Part shown: positions 36,900 through 48,410 of the stretch, in pieces
How positions within the stretch are numbered: the stretch's first letter is position 1
Layout: each line of letters starts with the position of its first letter
Source: Lepidodermella squamata
Taxonomy: Eukaryota; Animalia; Gastrotricha
Reading direction: 5' to 3'
DNA: 64,000 nucleotides
NCBI GenBank assembly: GCA_047495785.1
Contig: JBLDXI010000032.1
Location: forward strand, 2,108,001 to 2,172,000
The notes under the pieces: generated by a model
Databases searched by the model: none
What the model saw: the letters and a program-made list of their open reading frames with translations, nothing else
What the model was told of the DNA's origin: nothing
Translations under genes and position numbers: made by a program

Positions 36900-37259
36900 G
36901 CAGGCCATAACGCGCACGCATTTATTTGGCTGTTTAGTCGCGTTTATTTTGTCGCTCGCCATTTCGTCGCCGCTATTATGACGGCGTCCCTTCAGTTTTT
37001 ATCGTTTTGTCGTTTTTATCAGTTGTGTATGAACTTTCGTAATAGATAAGAAATGTTTGTAGGAATTTGGAAAAATGATAAGAAATGTTTTTATTCTTTC
37101 TCTTATTTTATTCATACTCTTGTTAGTAAAGTGAGGAACAAAAGTCTACTTGAGATAGCAACTAGCTGGGACGCCGTCATAATAGCGGCGACGAAATGGC
37201 GAGCGACAAAATAAACGCGACTAAACAGCCAAATAAATGCGTGCGCGTTATGGCCTGCG
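36900..37259. repeat. Perfect ~91-bp inverted repeat with ~177-bp AT-rich spacer
   Basis: 36900-36990 is the reverse complement of ~37168-37259; MULE-like cgac motifs, GGG terminus faces the spacer. Confidence 0.9.
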
Positions 37260-38809
37260 TTTGAATGAATTTTCAGTCGGCGTAATATTATTATTATTAG
37301 TGTGCGCATATGTTGTGTGTATAACATAAGCGTGATTAAAGCGAGCAACTAACGGGCGGCCTAACTTTCATGACAATTCATTGCTACTAACATTCAATTT
37401 GCGTTACAGGCAGCTCCGATAACTACAAATTTATTGAGACTTGCCGTAAGATAAATCACCAGAATAATATTATTATAACGAGATGAATAAAAAAATTCCC
37501 AACAATTGAAAATGTTGTTCTGTTATTCTTCAGTGCCTGCTATCTAACTTTTCTTCACCGTTCGTCATCGTTGAGCAGAAACCGATTCAAGACACAACGC
37601 CCAAAAATGCATTTATTCGTTCGAACGCAGTAATATTTTATTTCAGTTTCTGCACAAACAATACAGGGTGTCTTTTTTACAGTGGCAATGGAAATTATAC
37701 TGCGTACTGCGCATATCATTCTTTTCTGCAGCTGACCCACTTTTGCGAGTAGTTTTTGCATTCTCTAGGTAATCTGAAATAGCAATTAAACAGCGATGCG
37801 TCGCACTGTCTGGTCATTAGATGATTCACTCATTGTTAAAAAGAGATTGGAGGAATTGAAGAGGACGAAGAACTCGATAAATTTCAGGATTTTCAAAATG
37901 AATTTTCCTAACAGGTCATTTTCACGCGTGCGTACGAAATATTCAATTCAGCTACGTTCGGTGTTCAACATTAGGGCGGCTACAGCAAATAAGGGGATAT
38001 ATTTTCGGCCTAAGTAAAGTTATCATCTACACTCGAACAAGTGAATATTAAGGAATACATTTTCCGGATCTGGATTTTAATCACTTTCGGCTTTGCGACG
38101 AAACCCAAAGCCAAGAAAGATAGCATAGCGACTATACGGGGCGACTTAATTAAATTTTCAAGTAGGAAAACCGTTTACGTTCAAGGTTACAGTGCGAAGA
38201 ACAATATTTAAGCTGGTATTGTGAAGTGGTTCAGCCTTTTTTAAGCTATGATCGCCTTCAGAAAATAAAAACTAAGTTTTCCAACAGCGTTTCTTTGCGC
38301 GCAAACTGTGATTGATGTTTTGAAACAAAATTTATCGTTACAAATATTCTTCCATTTTTCGTTCCATTTTAGCTCTACACTTATTATCTGGAAATTGTTG
38401 CCATTAATTAATGGTTACTTATCGATGCTAAGTAGCAGTAACGGTTACATCGGATTTGAAACGAAAAATATTTGCACCATTCATAAAATTTGCTTAAAAG
38501 TGCAAACGCTTATAGTAAGGCATAAGCCATTATTTGACCCAGAAAATTAAAATAGCAGCACTAACTGGATATCAAATGATGATATGCGCAGTACTCCATA
38601 TAGAAACGTACTTAGTTTGAACGATATTTAATTGCTAAGTAAGATTATTGCCACTGTAAAATGGACGCCCTGTATTAATATTAATATTTATCATGAAAAC
38701 ATTAAAACAAGATCGTAAAACTATACATTTTATTATGTTGTATTTATTATTCGAGAGAAATAATAATAATGATGGTTCAACAATGAAGAATAGATTGGGC
38801 TTGAAAAAT

Positions 38810-38980
38810 TTGTAGACCAGATTACGCACAATTGTAGACCACTCAAGGTGGTGCGTAGACCAAAAGGGTGCGCGCGCAGACCAAACGCGACAGCTGTAGA
38901 CCAGCACGCACACTTGTCGACCAAACTGTTAAATTGTAGACCATTCAAAAATTTAATTGTAGACCAACGTGTATTTCGGC
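38810..38980 (+). repeat. Array of spaced GTAGACCA motifs (probable solitary transposon end)
   Basis: About eight gtagacca/gcagacca/gtcgacca copies at ~20-bp spacing. Confidence 0.7.
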
Positions 38981-39714
38981 TAATTTTGGCTAATTTCGAT
39001 GCCTTTGACGATTTTAAACCTTCAATTATCCTTTGAGCTATCAGGCGAAGAGCTTTCAAGTGAAAAATCGACCGAGGAGCCTTTTACCGCCGAGGCTATA
39101 GAAAATCAGGTTGATGAGGTGGCTGATTGTTTAGAGGCAATCATCAAGCAGATAGTCGAGGCGGACGAGTTGGCCTATAAACAAACCCCACACCATTGGG
39201 TTGAAGTTTTCCGGGGAACTCGATTGCTCGCCGACACCCAGCGAAATCAACAGCAGTGTCCACACTTAATGATCAAGTTAAGCAGCTGATTCGCAACGCA
39301 TTTATTGCACCAATCACGCGCAATCCGCCCATTTTATCCAATCTTCAAACAACACGCGCACACGCACGCACCCGCTGCGCACCTCGACACGCACCCCCGC
39401 GCGACGATTTGGTGGTTCTTCCGCACAGCGACTTCCGCGCGCTGGTGTTTGCGCACGAACCTAATCCGCACAGACTTAATCCGCACTGGGTGTTTGCAGA
39501 CATGTCTAGATAGCATTAAATCGTGACTTCACGTGTCATAAAATAATGAAAATAAAACAGATTGAAAAAACTTTGGATGAGCTGATTGATACAGGTGTTA
39601 TGGCCGATCAGAGAGCAGAAAAAGCATATAAAAAGAGAAATAAAGCAGTTCATAATATCAGAGCATTATTTAGCAACTTTTGTCATAAATAATAATTATT
39701 GTCGTACTTTCACC

Positions 39715-42700
39715 ATGAAAAAAACCGGTAAAAAGTCGGACAACTTGGACCGAGTTAACGAGCTGGCGGCGGAGCTCGACAAATGCATGGGTCGCTTCAA
39801 TGTCGAGAATTGCATTAATTGCAAAAATCCCAGAGGGGATTGTGTGGACCTGAAACGGTGCCAATCCTGCTTTGAGGAGCGGGTGCGAGAGGTCGAGGAG
39901 ATTTTGTGCATTTTTTTGAATCTGATAAGTAGTAAAATCGTGCATTCTAACGAGAAAAATAGACAAATAAAACATGTGATTTATTATTTACTGAACTTTT
40001 TGTTGTAATAGCGATAGCCGAACCAATAACGGCAGCTACAACTGAGATATTGCCTGATTTTCAACCTGAGCTATCACCTCCAATCGAGCGCGGCCGAGGA
40101 AGACCGCGGAAAAATGGTGTGTAAAAACGTGAAAATGGGTTTTTTCCTAATTCTTGTTCTCATTATCTAGGTCCAAAAATGACTGATCCCGTTCATCAAC
40201 CGATTTTGCGAGACATGACGCCTGTTTCGTTACCGCCCACGCCGCCGCCTCGTGAGCCGGAAACACCCCCGCCTCCGTTAGAAGATCAAAGCCCGCCACT
40301 GTTACCCGCGAGACCGCCGCCTTTACCTCCTCGTCCACAAACGTTGCGATCCGAGAAGTTGCCAGCTACTCCCTACGAAAACTTACCCCAAGTTACCGAG
40401 CAGGAAGCAAACGCTACAGCAGCCGACCAGAATTTAGATGTAATAAGATTTTTCAGAATTTTTACCTTAATTTTAGAAATTTAAAATTGATAATTTTAAT
40501 CATTAAATCCAATCTGAATTTTAAATTTAAATTTCTATTATTTTTTGGGAATTTTAAATAACTTCTTATGCATTTTCAGCAGAAAAGGAAAGAGTTGCCT
40601 CTCGATCGAAACGTCTACCGCTTCGCGAATACGAAGGGCACGCCTTCTATTGGATGCCGTGGTTATGTCTACCGTTTCGTACTCGGCCGTAACGCGTGGC
40701 GTTGCTCGCACTGCTCGGCCCTGCTCCTTCTCGATTGCGATGACAACTTTGCTGGCGTCAAGAATAACCACACAGATCTGCCGAACTATGAGGTTGTTGC
40801 TGCTGAAGTCACGCGGGCTGAAATGCGACGACGGGTCGAGCTCGAACCGAACACCTCGATAAGAGAAATCTATGACTCTGAAACAGCTAAATTGAACGAT
40901 GGCCCTTATCCAGCCGCCCAGCTACTCATCCCCGACTTCGCAGACTGTTCGAAGACTCTGTACGCTCGTCGAAGGCAGCATGAGCCGGCAAATCCGACTA
41001 CAACGCTCGACTATTTCGACGCAATTTCTGTTGCCGAAAGCGAAGGGCCTGAAAACCGCGCGTACAAGTTCACCCTCAACTCGGTTGGGCAAAAGTTTTT
41101 GCGGACATTCACTTTGCTGGCCAACATCGGCATTTTCGCCTTGTTCGCAACTGATGCTGATATTGTTCGCCTCGGCCATTCGGAACGCTGGTTCGTTGAT
41201 GGGACCTTCTCAATTGTGCCAAATGATTTATTTTATCAATTGTTTACTATTCATGCCTTGATAAATGGCGCTATTTTACCCTGTGCTTATGTTCTCATGT
41301 CAAATAAGTATTCGCGCCTTTATGAAAACGTCTTGCTATATTTGAAGAGGGAAATTACCTCTATTCTTGGCCATCCTCCTCGCTTGCGTGAAATAACCTG
41401 TGATTTCGAAAGTGGACTATTGCGGGCTATTAGGATTGTTTTCCATCATGTTGCAATCATTGGTTGTCTATTTCACTTTAAACAGGCCCTATTCAAATGG
41501 GTTTGCGCTCATGGGTTGAAAATTGCTTGGAGTAATAGTACATGGAGTGATGACTCGCTTTATCAGCGCCCACTATCAGTCAGCAAAGGGTGAGTGGCGC
41601 AGTGGGGCGCCCGCATTGTTCTCGCTGCATCATGACCTTTTGCGCGCACACATTTTTTAAACATCAACGCGTTATTTCTCCGGAACCGTGCATCGCATTG
41701 ACACCGTTTTTTGATGTAGGGATAGAGTTAATGATTATCTATCACTATACCAAATTTTATGAAGGTATGATTTACCGTTGAGATATAAACGGTACCACAA
41801 GTTTTTGCATTGCGCGGCAGCATTGAAAACACAGGCGCGCGCGAATTTTCACATTTGCTCCACAGTCCTGGGTCAGAATGAAGTAATTTTTAGATGTAGG
41901 GATGCGTCACATTGTCTATTACCTTCATTCCAAAGCCCAACTCAATATCATAAAAAAATGGCGAAGAAAATGGTACCAACGTGCTGTCGTTTCCTCATCT
42001 CGCGCGCGCGAGTGAGGCAGGCGGCGGGCCCCCCGTCGTGCGCGCGATATGATCTCTATAATAGGCGAGTCATCACTCCATGTCTATTCCTCCAAGGAAA
42101 ATTGCCTATCTAAACCCGAGCGGCTTTGTGCGTAAGACGGTGAGACGTGTTATGTGTTTACCTCTGCTACCTGTCGACATGGTTCGCCCGGCATTTGCTG
42201 CCATTTTCTCTGAAGTTAAGGCTACGCCGGATAATGTTAAGCTAGTCGAATTCCTTACTTATTTCGAAAACTTTTGGCTTAATACGCTTGATCTTGCTAT
42301 TTGCAATGTGTATCGCCGGGACATCAGAACGAATAACATTGTAGAAGGTGAGTATTTTGTGTATAATTAATGCTTATTTATTTCCACTTTGTCACTCTAG
42401 GGTGGAACTCCCGTATCAGCAAAATTGCGAAGAAAGTCCACCTCAATATTTGGCGATTTTCAGCTTTGCTAATCCGGGAAGAAGCCGTCACCCGTCGCGA
42501 CTGGGCTCGAGTCGATGCGAGAACGTACAAAACCAGGTCAAGCAAAAAGTTTCAGCGACTCAACGTCTCAATGCAACGGCTCTGGGAGGATCTCGAGGCG
42601 GGCAAGATCGGATTCATGGACTTCCTGGACGCGTGCGCCGCCAACATGACCGACATCGCCTTAGTCTTTCCTCAGGAGGTGAAAGTTGCTGAGTTCTACA

Positions 42701-42774
42701 ACGGCCACCACGAGACTGATGCCGGTGATAATGACGAGGTCAATTTCTATTTGCCGATTGAGCTCGACGATTGA
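39715..42774 (+). pseudogene. Cys-cluster + AT-hook + FLYWCH-like + MULE DDE transposase, interrupted by a 571-bp insertion
   Basis: CINC..C..CQSC, RGRGRPRK, YVYRF..WRCSHC..NH, VDGTF, CDFE, CLFHFKQ, RTNNIVEG|WN; frame restored as GLKIAYLNP when 41526-42096 and one TSD are removed. Confidence 0.85.
41526..42096. mobile_element. MITE with ~35-bp TIRs and 8-bp TSD inside the transposase exon
   Basis: cttggag.aatag.acatggagtgatgactcgc inverted at both ends; TSD gaaaattg. Confidence 0.9.
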
Positions 42775-43299
42775 TTTAATGTATTGGATTGATTTTTTTC
42801 GTGCATGTTAACCGTAATCTAATAAATAAACAGAGTGCGCGGAAACACCATGTGTGCAAATACCTTGTGCGGAAAATTTTTGTGCGGATGTTTACCGTGC
42901 GGATTTAGCCGCGCGGAAGTACCAACACACCCGCGCGACGTCTGAGACAGTTTGCCGTGTTTTACAGCCGACGGATCAAGGGATTATCTGTATTGGAGTG
43001 TTTACACGCCGGTTTAGCTACTAGCTGCGTGAATAAGAGCTACGGACCGTGTCCGGTCATTGAACTGGGTCGCCATGAATGCGCTACCTACAACTGCAAC
43101 AACAAATCAACAGCTACAACTTATCCTAGGATTTTTTAAGAAATCAGCAATTTGCGATATTATTATAGGACTAATTTCAAGTGATCGGAATTGAAAGATG
43201 CGTCGACCGCCGGGCCGCGTAAAAATCAAATATTTTAAAATATATAAAATTTAATAAAAAAATAAAAAAAAATATTTCTAAAAAATATATTTTAAAATT

Positions 43300-43864
43300 G
43301 GGTCGTTATATTCCTGCTTGAATAAGTACGCGTTTTTTTATATTCATACTTAAATAAGTACGCATTTTTTGATATTCGTACTTAAATAAGTACGCGTTAT
43401 TTGATATTCGTACTTAAGCGGCTTTCCGCTTACGTAATATTCGAAATTTTTCGACCATAATATTTAGCTTTTAAAACTGAGTAAGAATCATATCTCACCC
43501 AGGAAGCTGAGATAACTTGGACTTGTCAAATTTGATGGCAAAATCTGGAGTTTCTCCCTATTTTCATCAAGTTGGATCTAAGGTTCAGGACCTTTTAGGT
43601 TTCCAACCCTAATTTCATGTTTTTGGATGCAAATTTGACAAGTCCAAGTTATCTCAGCTTCCTGGGTGAGATATGATTCTTACTCAGTTTTAAAAGCTGA
43701 ATATTATGGTCGAAAAATTTCGAATATTACGTAAGCGGAAAGCCGCTTAAGTACGAATATCAAATAACGCGTACTTATTTAAGTACGAATATCAAAAAAT
43801 GCGTACTTATTTAAGTATGAATATCAAAAAACGCGTACTTATTTAAGTACGAATATCCACTCCG
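43300..43864. mobile_element. MULE-type foldback element, ~235-bp near-perfect arms
   Basis: Arms 43300-43535 and 43630-43864 with 31-bp tandem subrepeats; 9-bp TSD tttaaaatt. Confidence 0.92.
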
Positions 43865-44626
43865 TTTAAAATTTAATAAAAAATATATAAGAAAATTTGA
43901 ATGAAAATATATAAGAAATTTTTTAATATAAGAAAAATAAAATATAAAAATATTTTTAAAAACGACTTTATATTCCGGTTTTACTATACTACTTTTCATA
44001 TATATTTTTTCGTAAAATGTAAGCTGGATGCATAAAGGAAATGCTAAAAGACTAGTTCTTGGCTTACCTATAAATAACAGCAGTGGGGTCCGAATTCGCA
44101 GTCATTTTTTTTCCGCTTGAGGACGGTTTATGATGAAGTGCCAGAACCCAAAAATCAAACTTTGCCAAAACCCGAAACTCATCCTTACCCGAATCCTAGC
44201 CCTAGCCTTTAAACCTAACCCTAACTACTGAACTTCGTTTCATGATAAAAAGCGCAATTTAATTTTTTATGAAAATATGTATGAAAGAACACTTCGAATT
44301 ATTTTTTGGATTTTAGAATTGGTCGTACTCCAGGTCAACCAGCTGGTTTTAGTGTACCAGGTATTTTATGAATAGGTAACGCGTGAAACGGAAATGAACT
44401 CGTCGTGTAAACAGCGGCCAATTTGGTATTTTTTATACATTTTAATTAGCCGTCATCCAAATTAAACCGCCCAAGTCACCAGAGTTACATACCTATTCCA
44501 GCTTAAAATAAATTTCCAACAACAAACGAGACAATTTCGCTATTACAAACTTGGTTTGATTTTTTTCCGAAATTATGTATTATATTATAATTAAATATCA
44601 TTAAATTCGCAGATTGATCATAAATT

Positions 44627-44866
44627 ATGGGCTTCCGTCCTCCTATTTGGTGCATTGTTTTGCTGATCGCTTTATCAGCCGTTATCTCTTCAGCTCTGAC
44701 GTATATCACCCTGCTGGCGACTTCCGAATGCTGGCGCGGTTGCGCATTCTCACCAGACGAGTGTTTAAAAGCGTGTTGGAAAACGCACTGGGCGAGCTGT
44801 GAAGACGGACCTGATACCTGCGCCTCTCTCGGCTTCCAGTGGCTCCAAAGTGGTGCCAACAATTAA
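44627..44866 (+). CDS. Small Cys-rich membrane-anchored/secreted protein, 79 aa
   Basis: Hydrophobic N-terminus then CWRGC-x6-C-x3-CWKTHWASC-x2-G-x2-TC, conserved with 46093-46311. Confidence 0.8.
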   Translation: MGFRPPIWCIVLLIALSAVISSALTYITLLATSECWRGCAFSPDECLKACWKTHWASCEDGPDTCASLGFQWLQSGANN

Positions 44867-46092
44867 TATATACACAACCCCATAAAAATATTGATTTATT
44901 TATTTTGAGTCAAATCAAGTGAAAATAAATAGCGTTTGATTTTAATATTTTTCATATTAGGTTATACGGGTTTATTATTATTAGTTCCGCCTTAATTATT
45001 ATCATTATTGAGGCAGATATTAATTTCTATATAGGACGTACCGCGGCGAAACATGCGCGTGCGTTGCAATAACTGTTGTTGCTCGATGAGTAATATAACA
45101 AGAAAAATACAACCCCCTACTTACCTATAGGCATAGGTATAGCCGTAACTGATGATGGTTGTCTTAAGTAGAGACTTCTATAATATCATGGCGCAATTGC
45201 ATATCAAGCTGGAAAGACGTGTATTTTATTGTTATACATATTACAACAATGATTAACATTCGATTTTTACATATATTTGCACCGCCAGAGTTTTGAATAC
45301 CTACCTATACGTGTGGCGATACCCACCGGTAATGCGCTGCCTTAATAATATAATTTTTGGCACTCGCAGCCGATCGGCGATACGCGCGATGTATCAGCCT
45401 CTCGACATGATGCCTTCGAAGAATGTATAATATACGAAACAGCCTGCCATATTAAGCGAGCGTAGGCGCTTTATAATATGTTATTCCATCGATGGCTAGA
45501 CGCAACTCTTCTTCACGTATCAGTTCCTATAATATAGGTATATTTTCGCCCGATTGTGTTAGGGTTGTTGATGTTGGAAGTAATTTCTATAAACGATTTT
45601 CTGCGCCTTTCGTGATCACCCTAATTCACCTTTTTAATTCACTTGGCAATTACAATCGCTCATTTTGGGAAATAATATTTAGCGCGACCAATGGACACCC
45701 TGAATTTCCTCAAAAAATCTCGACGGTGTCTTCCTTAAAATCTCATTTTTTCATTGCGATGCCTAACCGATCGATTTCGAGTATCGATTTTACAAATCAG
45801 TGATTTCTTCGAAATCAGAAGCCAACATTTACTATATTTCTCAGAGAATCGGTTAGCTAAAATAAAATATCCTAGGGAATTACTATTGATTGTGAAAGGA
45901 CTAGGTCAAAAACGCAAAAAATCGGGGAACTTGGATTTTAGACCTAATAATAATATCGCCCATGTCCTAGTTACGTGGTGCGTATTTAATTAAAAAAAAA
46001 TTGAATTTTTTTGGTCCTCCTTAATATTCGGAATGAAATCAATTTTTTCCATTTTTATAGATTTAGTCGAATAATTTTGTTGAAATTTTTAA

Positions 46093-46311
46093 ATGGCGCG
46101 TTGCTGTGCGGTGGTAATCGGAAGTTCTCTTGGCGCGCTTCTCGTAATCGCCATAATCGTCTACATCATCCTAATGCTGACATCGCCGTGTTGGCGCGGC
46201 TGCAGCGACGGCATCAACTGCATCGGCCACTGTTGGAAGACCCACTGGGCGAGCTGTGACCAGGGCGTTAAAACCTGCGTCGCACTAATGGGCGCTGGCA
46301 AGGTGCTGTAA
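46093..46311 (+). CDS. Small Cys-rich membrane-anchored/secreted protein, 72 aa; paralog of 44627-44866
   Basis: Same six-Cys motif with synonymous codon differences; TM-like segment LGALLVIAIIVYIILML. Confidence 0.8.
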   Translation: MARCCAVVIGSSLGALLVIAIIVYIILMLTSPCWRGCSDGINCIGHCWKTHWASCDQGVKTCVALMGAGKVL

Positions 46312-46656
46312 AAAATACGATGACTACTATATACATCCTCAATCTGGTCAAGCAAATATCTATGCAATTTAAAAATTTAATTATAATTTAAAAAATAATT
46401 ATTAATTATGTTATTTTAATATTTAGCGAAATTATAACAATAATTTGAGGAATGAATAAAAATAAATAAATTCTGATTTCGAGAATTGGAATTGACATGC
46501 AAAAAACCCGGACTTGTTTTTTTCTTTCCCGTAAAAGCTCGTGTTTTTCCGCAACATTCGCGTGCCTACTCGGATTTATTAATGAAGGGTCAACGGCGCA
46601 TTTTCGAGGCCACGTCTTAAATTTTATCCACAAACCACTTTTTTTTTATATAACAA

Positions 46657-47250
46657 ATGAGTAGAGAATTATTGCCATCAACTTCGGTTGATACGACAAA
46701 TCGAACTGAAACTACGACAGTTACGCCGTGTTTAAACAGCTCCAGCGAGACAATTTACATCGAGCTAACCCGGCAACAACTCGAGCTGTTGAAACAATGG
46801 CAAGTCATTGATAGGATGAGCCAAAAAATCGATCATTTAATGCGCGAAAACGATCAACGCTACTACCAGTCGTTCGATATGAGCGCTCGAACGCCGCTGA
46901 CCAGTCATATTCCGAAACGAGACAGCGACTACCGCCTGCCTACCGACAGTATTACAAATTTTGACGAGCATTTGGAGAAAAACAGGGCGGCGAATGAGAA
47001 CACGCCTAGCGGAACTCGCCGGCAACTTGTTTGTCTAGTTTTATTATGGATTTTAGCCGCTGTTATGTTCGGGTCTCTGCTGTTTTGCGTCGGCTGTTTT
47101 CTGACTTCGAGGTGTTTTACGAACTGTATGGCAACGTGTAACTTGAACAGCAACGTCTACCTGAATTCAACGCAGCTGACCGTGACGAATAACAGCAATT
47201 GCGGCATGGGGCAATGCGTGTCGATGTGTATTGACCCGATTCTGTCCTAA
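46657..47250 (+). CDS. Single-pass membrane protein with short Cys-rich C-terminal domain, 197 aa
   Basis: Long open frame in AT-rich surroundings, coiled-coil-like segment, TM LVCLVLLWILAAVMFGSLLFCVGCFL, then LTSRC-x3-C-x3-C...C-x4-C-x3-C. Confidence 0.7.
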   Translation: MSRELLPSTSVDTTNRTETTTVTPCLNSSSETIYIELTRQQLELLKQWQVIDRMSQKIDHLMRENDQRYYQSFDMSARTPLTSHIPKRDSDYRLPTDSITNFDEHLEKNRAANENTPSGTRRQLVCLVLLWILAAVMFGSLLFCVGCFLTSRCFTNCMATCNLNSNVYLNSTQLTVTNNSNCGMGQCVSMCIDPILS

Positions 47251-48410
47251 TAGTTTCGATTTTGCGTTCATTTTTTTGTGTTTCCATAATAACCGAGTTA
47301 TATTTTTCTTGTCAAAGAGTTTATGGACAAATAAAAATAAAGTTTTAAAGGGTCGTGTTACAGTTAAAGTTTTAATTTAAGCAAAAGTAGTAATGAAAAA
47401 TGAGTAGTTTGGATCATGCGAAGCAAGTGCTTTTTCCTGATTTTTTAAGCAGCTAAAATAGAATGAGAGTTTCATCCGAACTCGATCCAGCTCTGGAGTT
47501 GGGTTGTCTACAAAGTAGATGTAGGAAATGGAGCCTTCTACTTAGTAAGGGGCTCCTGGACCTTTCCGAACTACCCTAGCGCAGGTCTCAAATTGGGACA
47601 GGGTAATTTGGACTCTTCGGCTTAGCAGGTGAATATAGCTTTGTAATGCCGTACGATAAAAACACAAGGTTGCACAAAATATTGCACAAAATTCCCCGTC
47701 TCGTGAGCTTTCGAATGGCGCAAGTCCCAATGTGATCAGAGCAGTACTTGATTTTTAAGAACTGTTATTAGCAAGACAACTCGATTTGGGACCCCATCTC
47801 CTAAGCAAATAATGATTTTGGGACGTAAATTGGCATGGGTATCCTAATAGCGTTGCTCTCTCAGTCATCCAAAAAATGAAGATCCAGCATCGATTGGTTA
47901 TATCGCAGGGCATTAACCCGAAGCTCAGGTGAAAATTGTATTTAAATGCGGCTGCGCAAAAATGTATTTTTCTGAATTTTTTCGCAAACAAATCTGTTTT
48001 TCCAAAATTGCCAAAATTCAAAATTTACAATGCCATTCCGTATGGCAAATGAGCGTGTCCAGGATTGCCCGCTAATATTGTCCAACTTATAGACCAATTC
48101 CAAATAGAGTTTTGAAATGTCCCAACTTCGTCGAAAATAAAAATGTGCAGCTTGATCCTAGCTAGCTCACATGCCTCAGTTTCGATTTTTATTTGCGAAA
48201 TCAGCATTATCATTGTTGCTAGACTCAACTAAACAAATTGTGAATATCAAAACAAATACATTTGAACGCGCGATCATTCTATATAGATTTTTATTAGGTA
48301 AATAACCAATTTTATATTTATTTTCGCATAAATTCGCAATCAAAGCCACCAAAGAAGACAGCCAATAAATAAATATCATAACCAATGTTCGGCGTTTTTT
48401 TCAGGCCAGC

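Larger units (their letters stand above)
39406..42931 (+). mobile_element. Full-length MULE (Phantom-like) transposon inserted into a dispersed repeat
   Basis: Imperfect TIRs with ttccgc repeats; flanking direct repeat cgcgcgac (within an 11-bp identity cccgcgcgacg); empty-site homolog at ~19690-19710. Confidence 0.85.
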
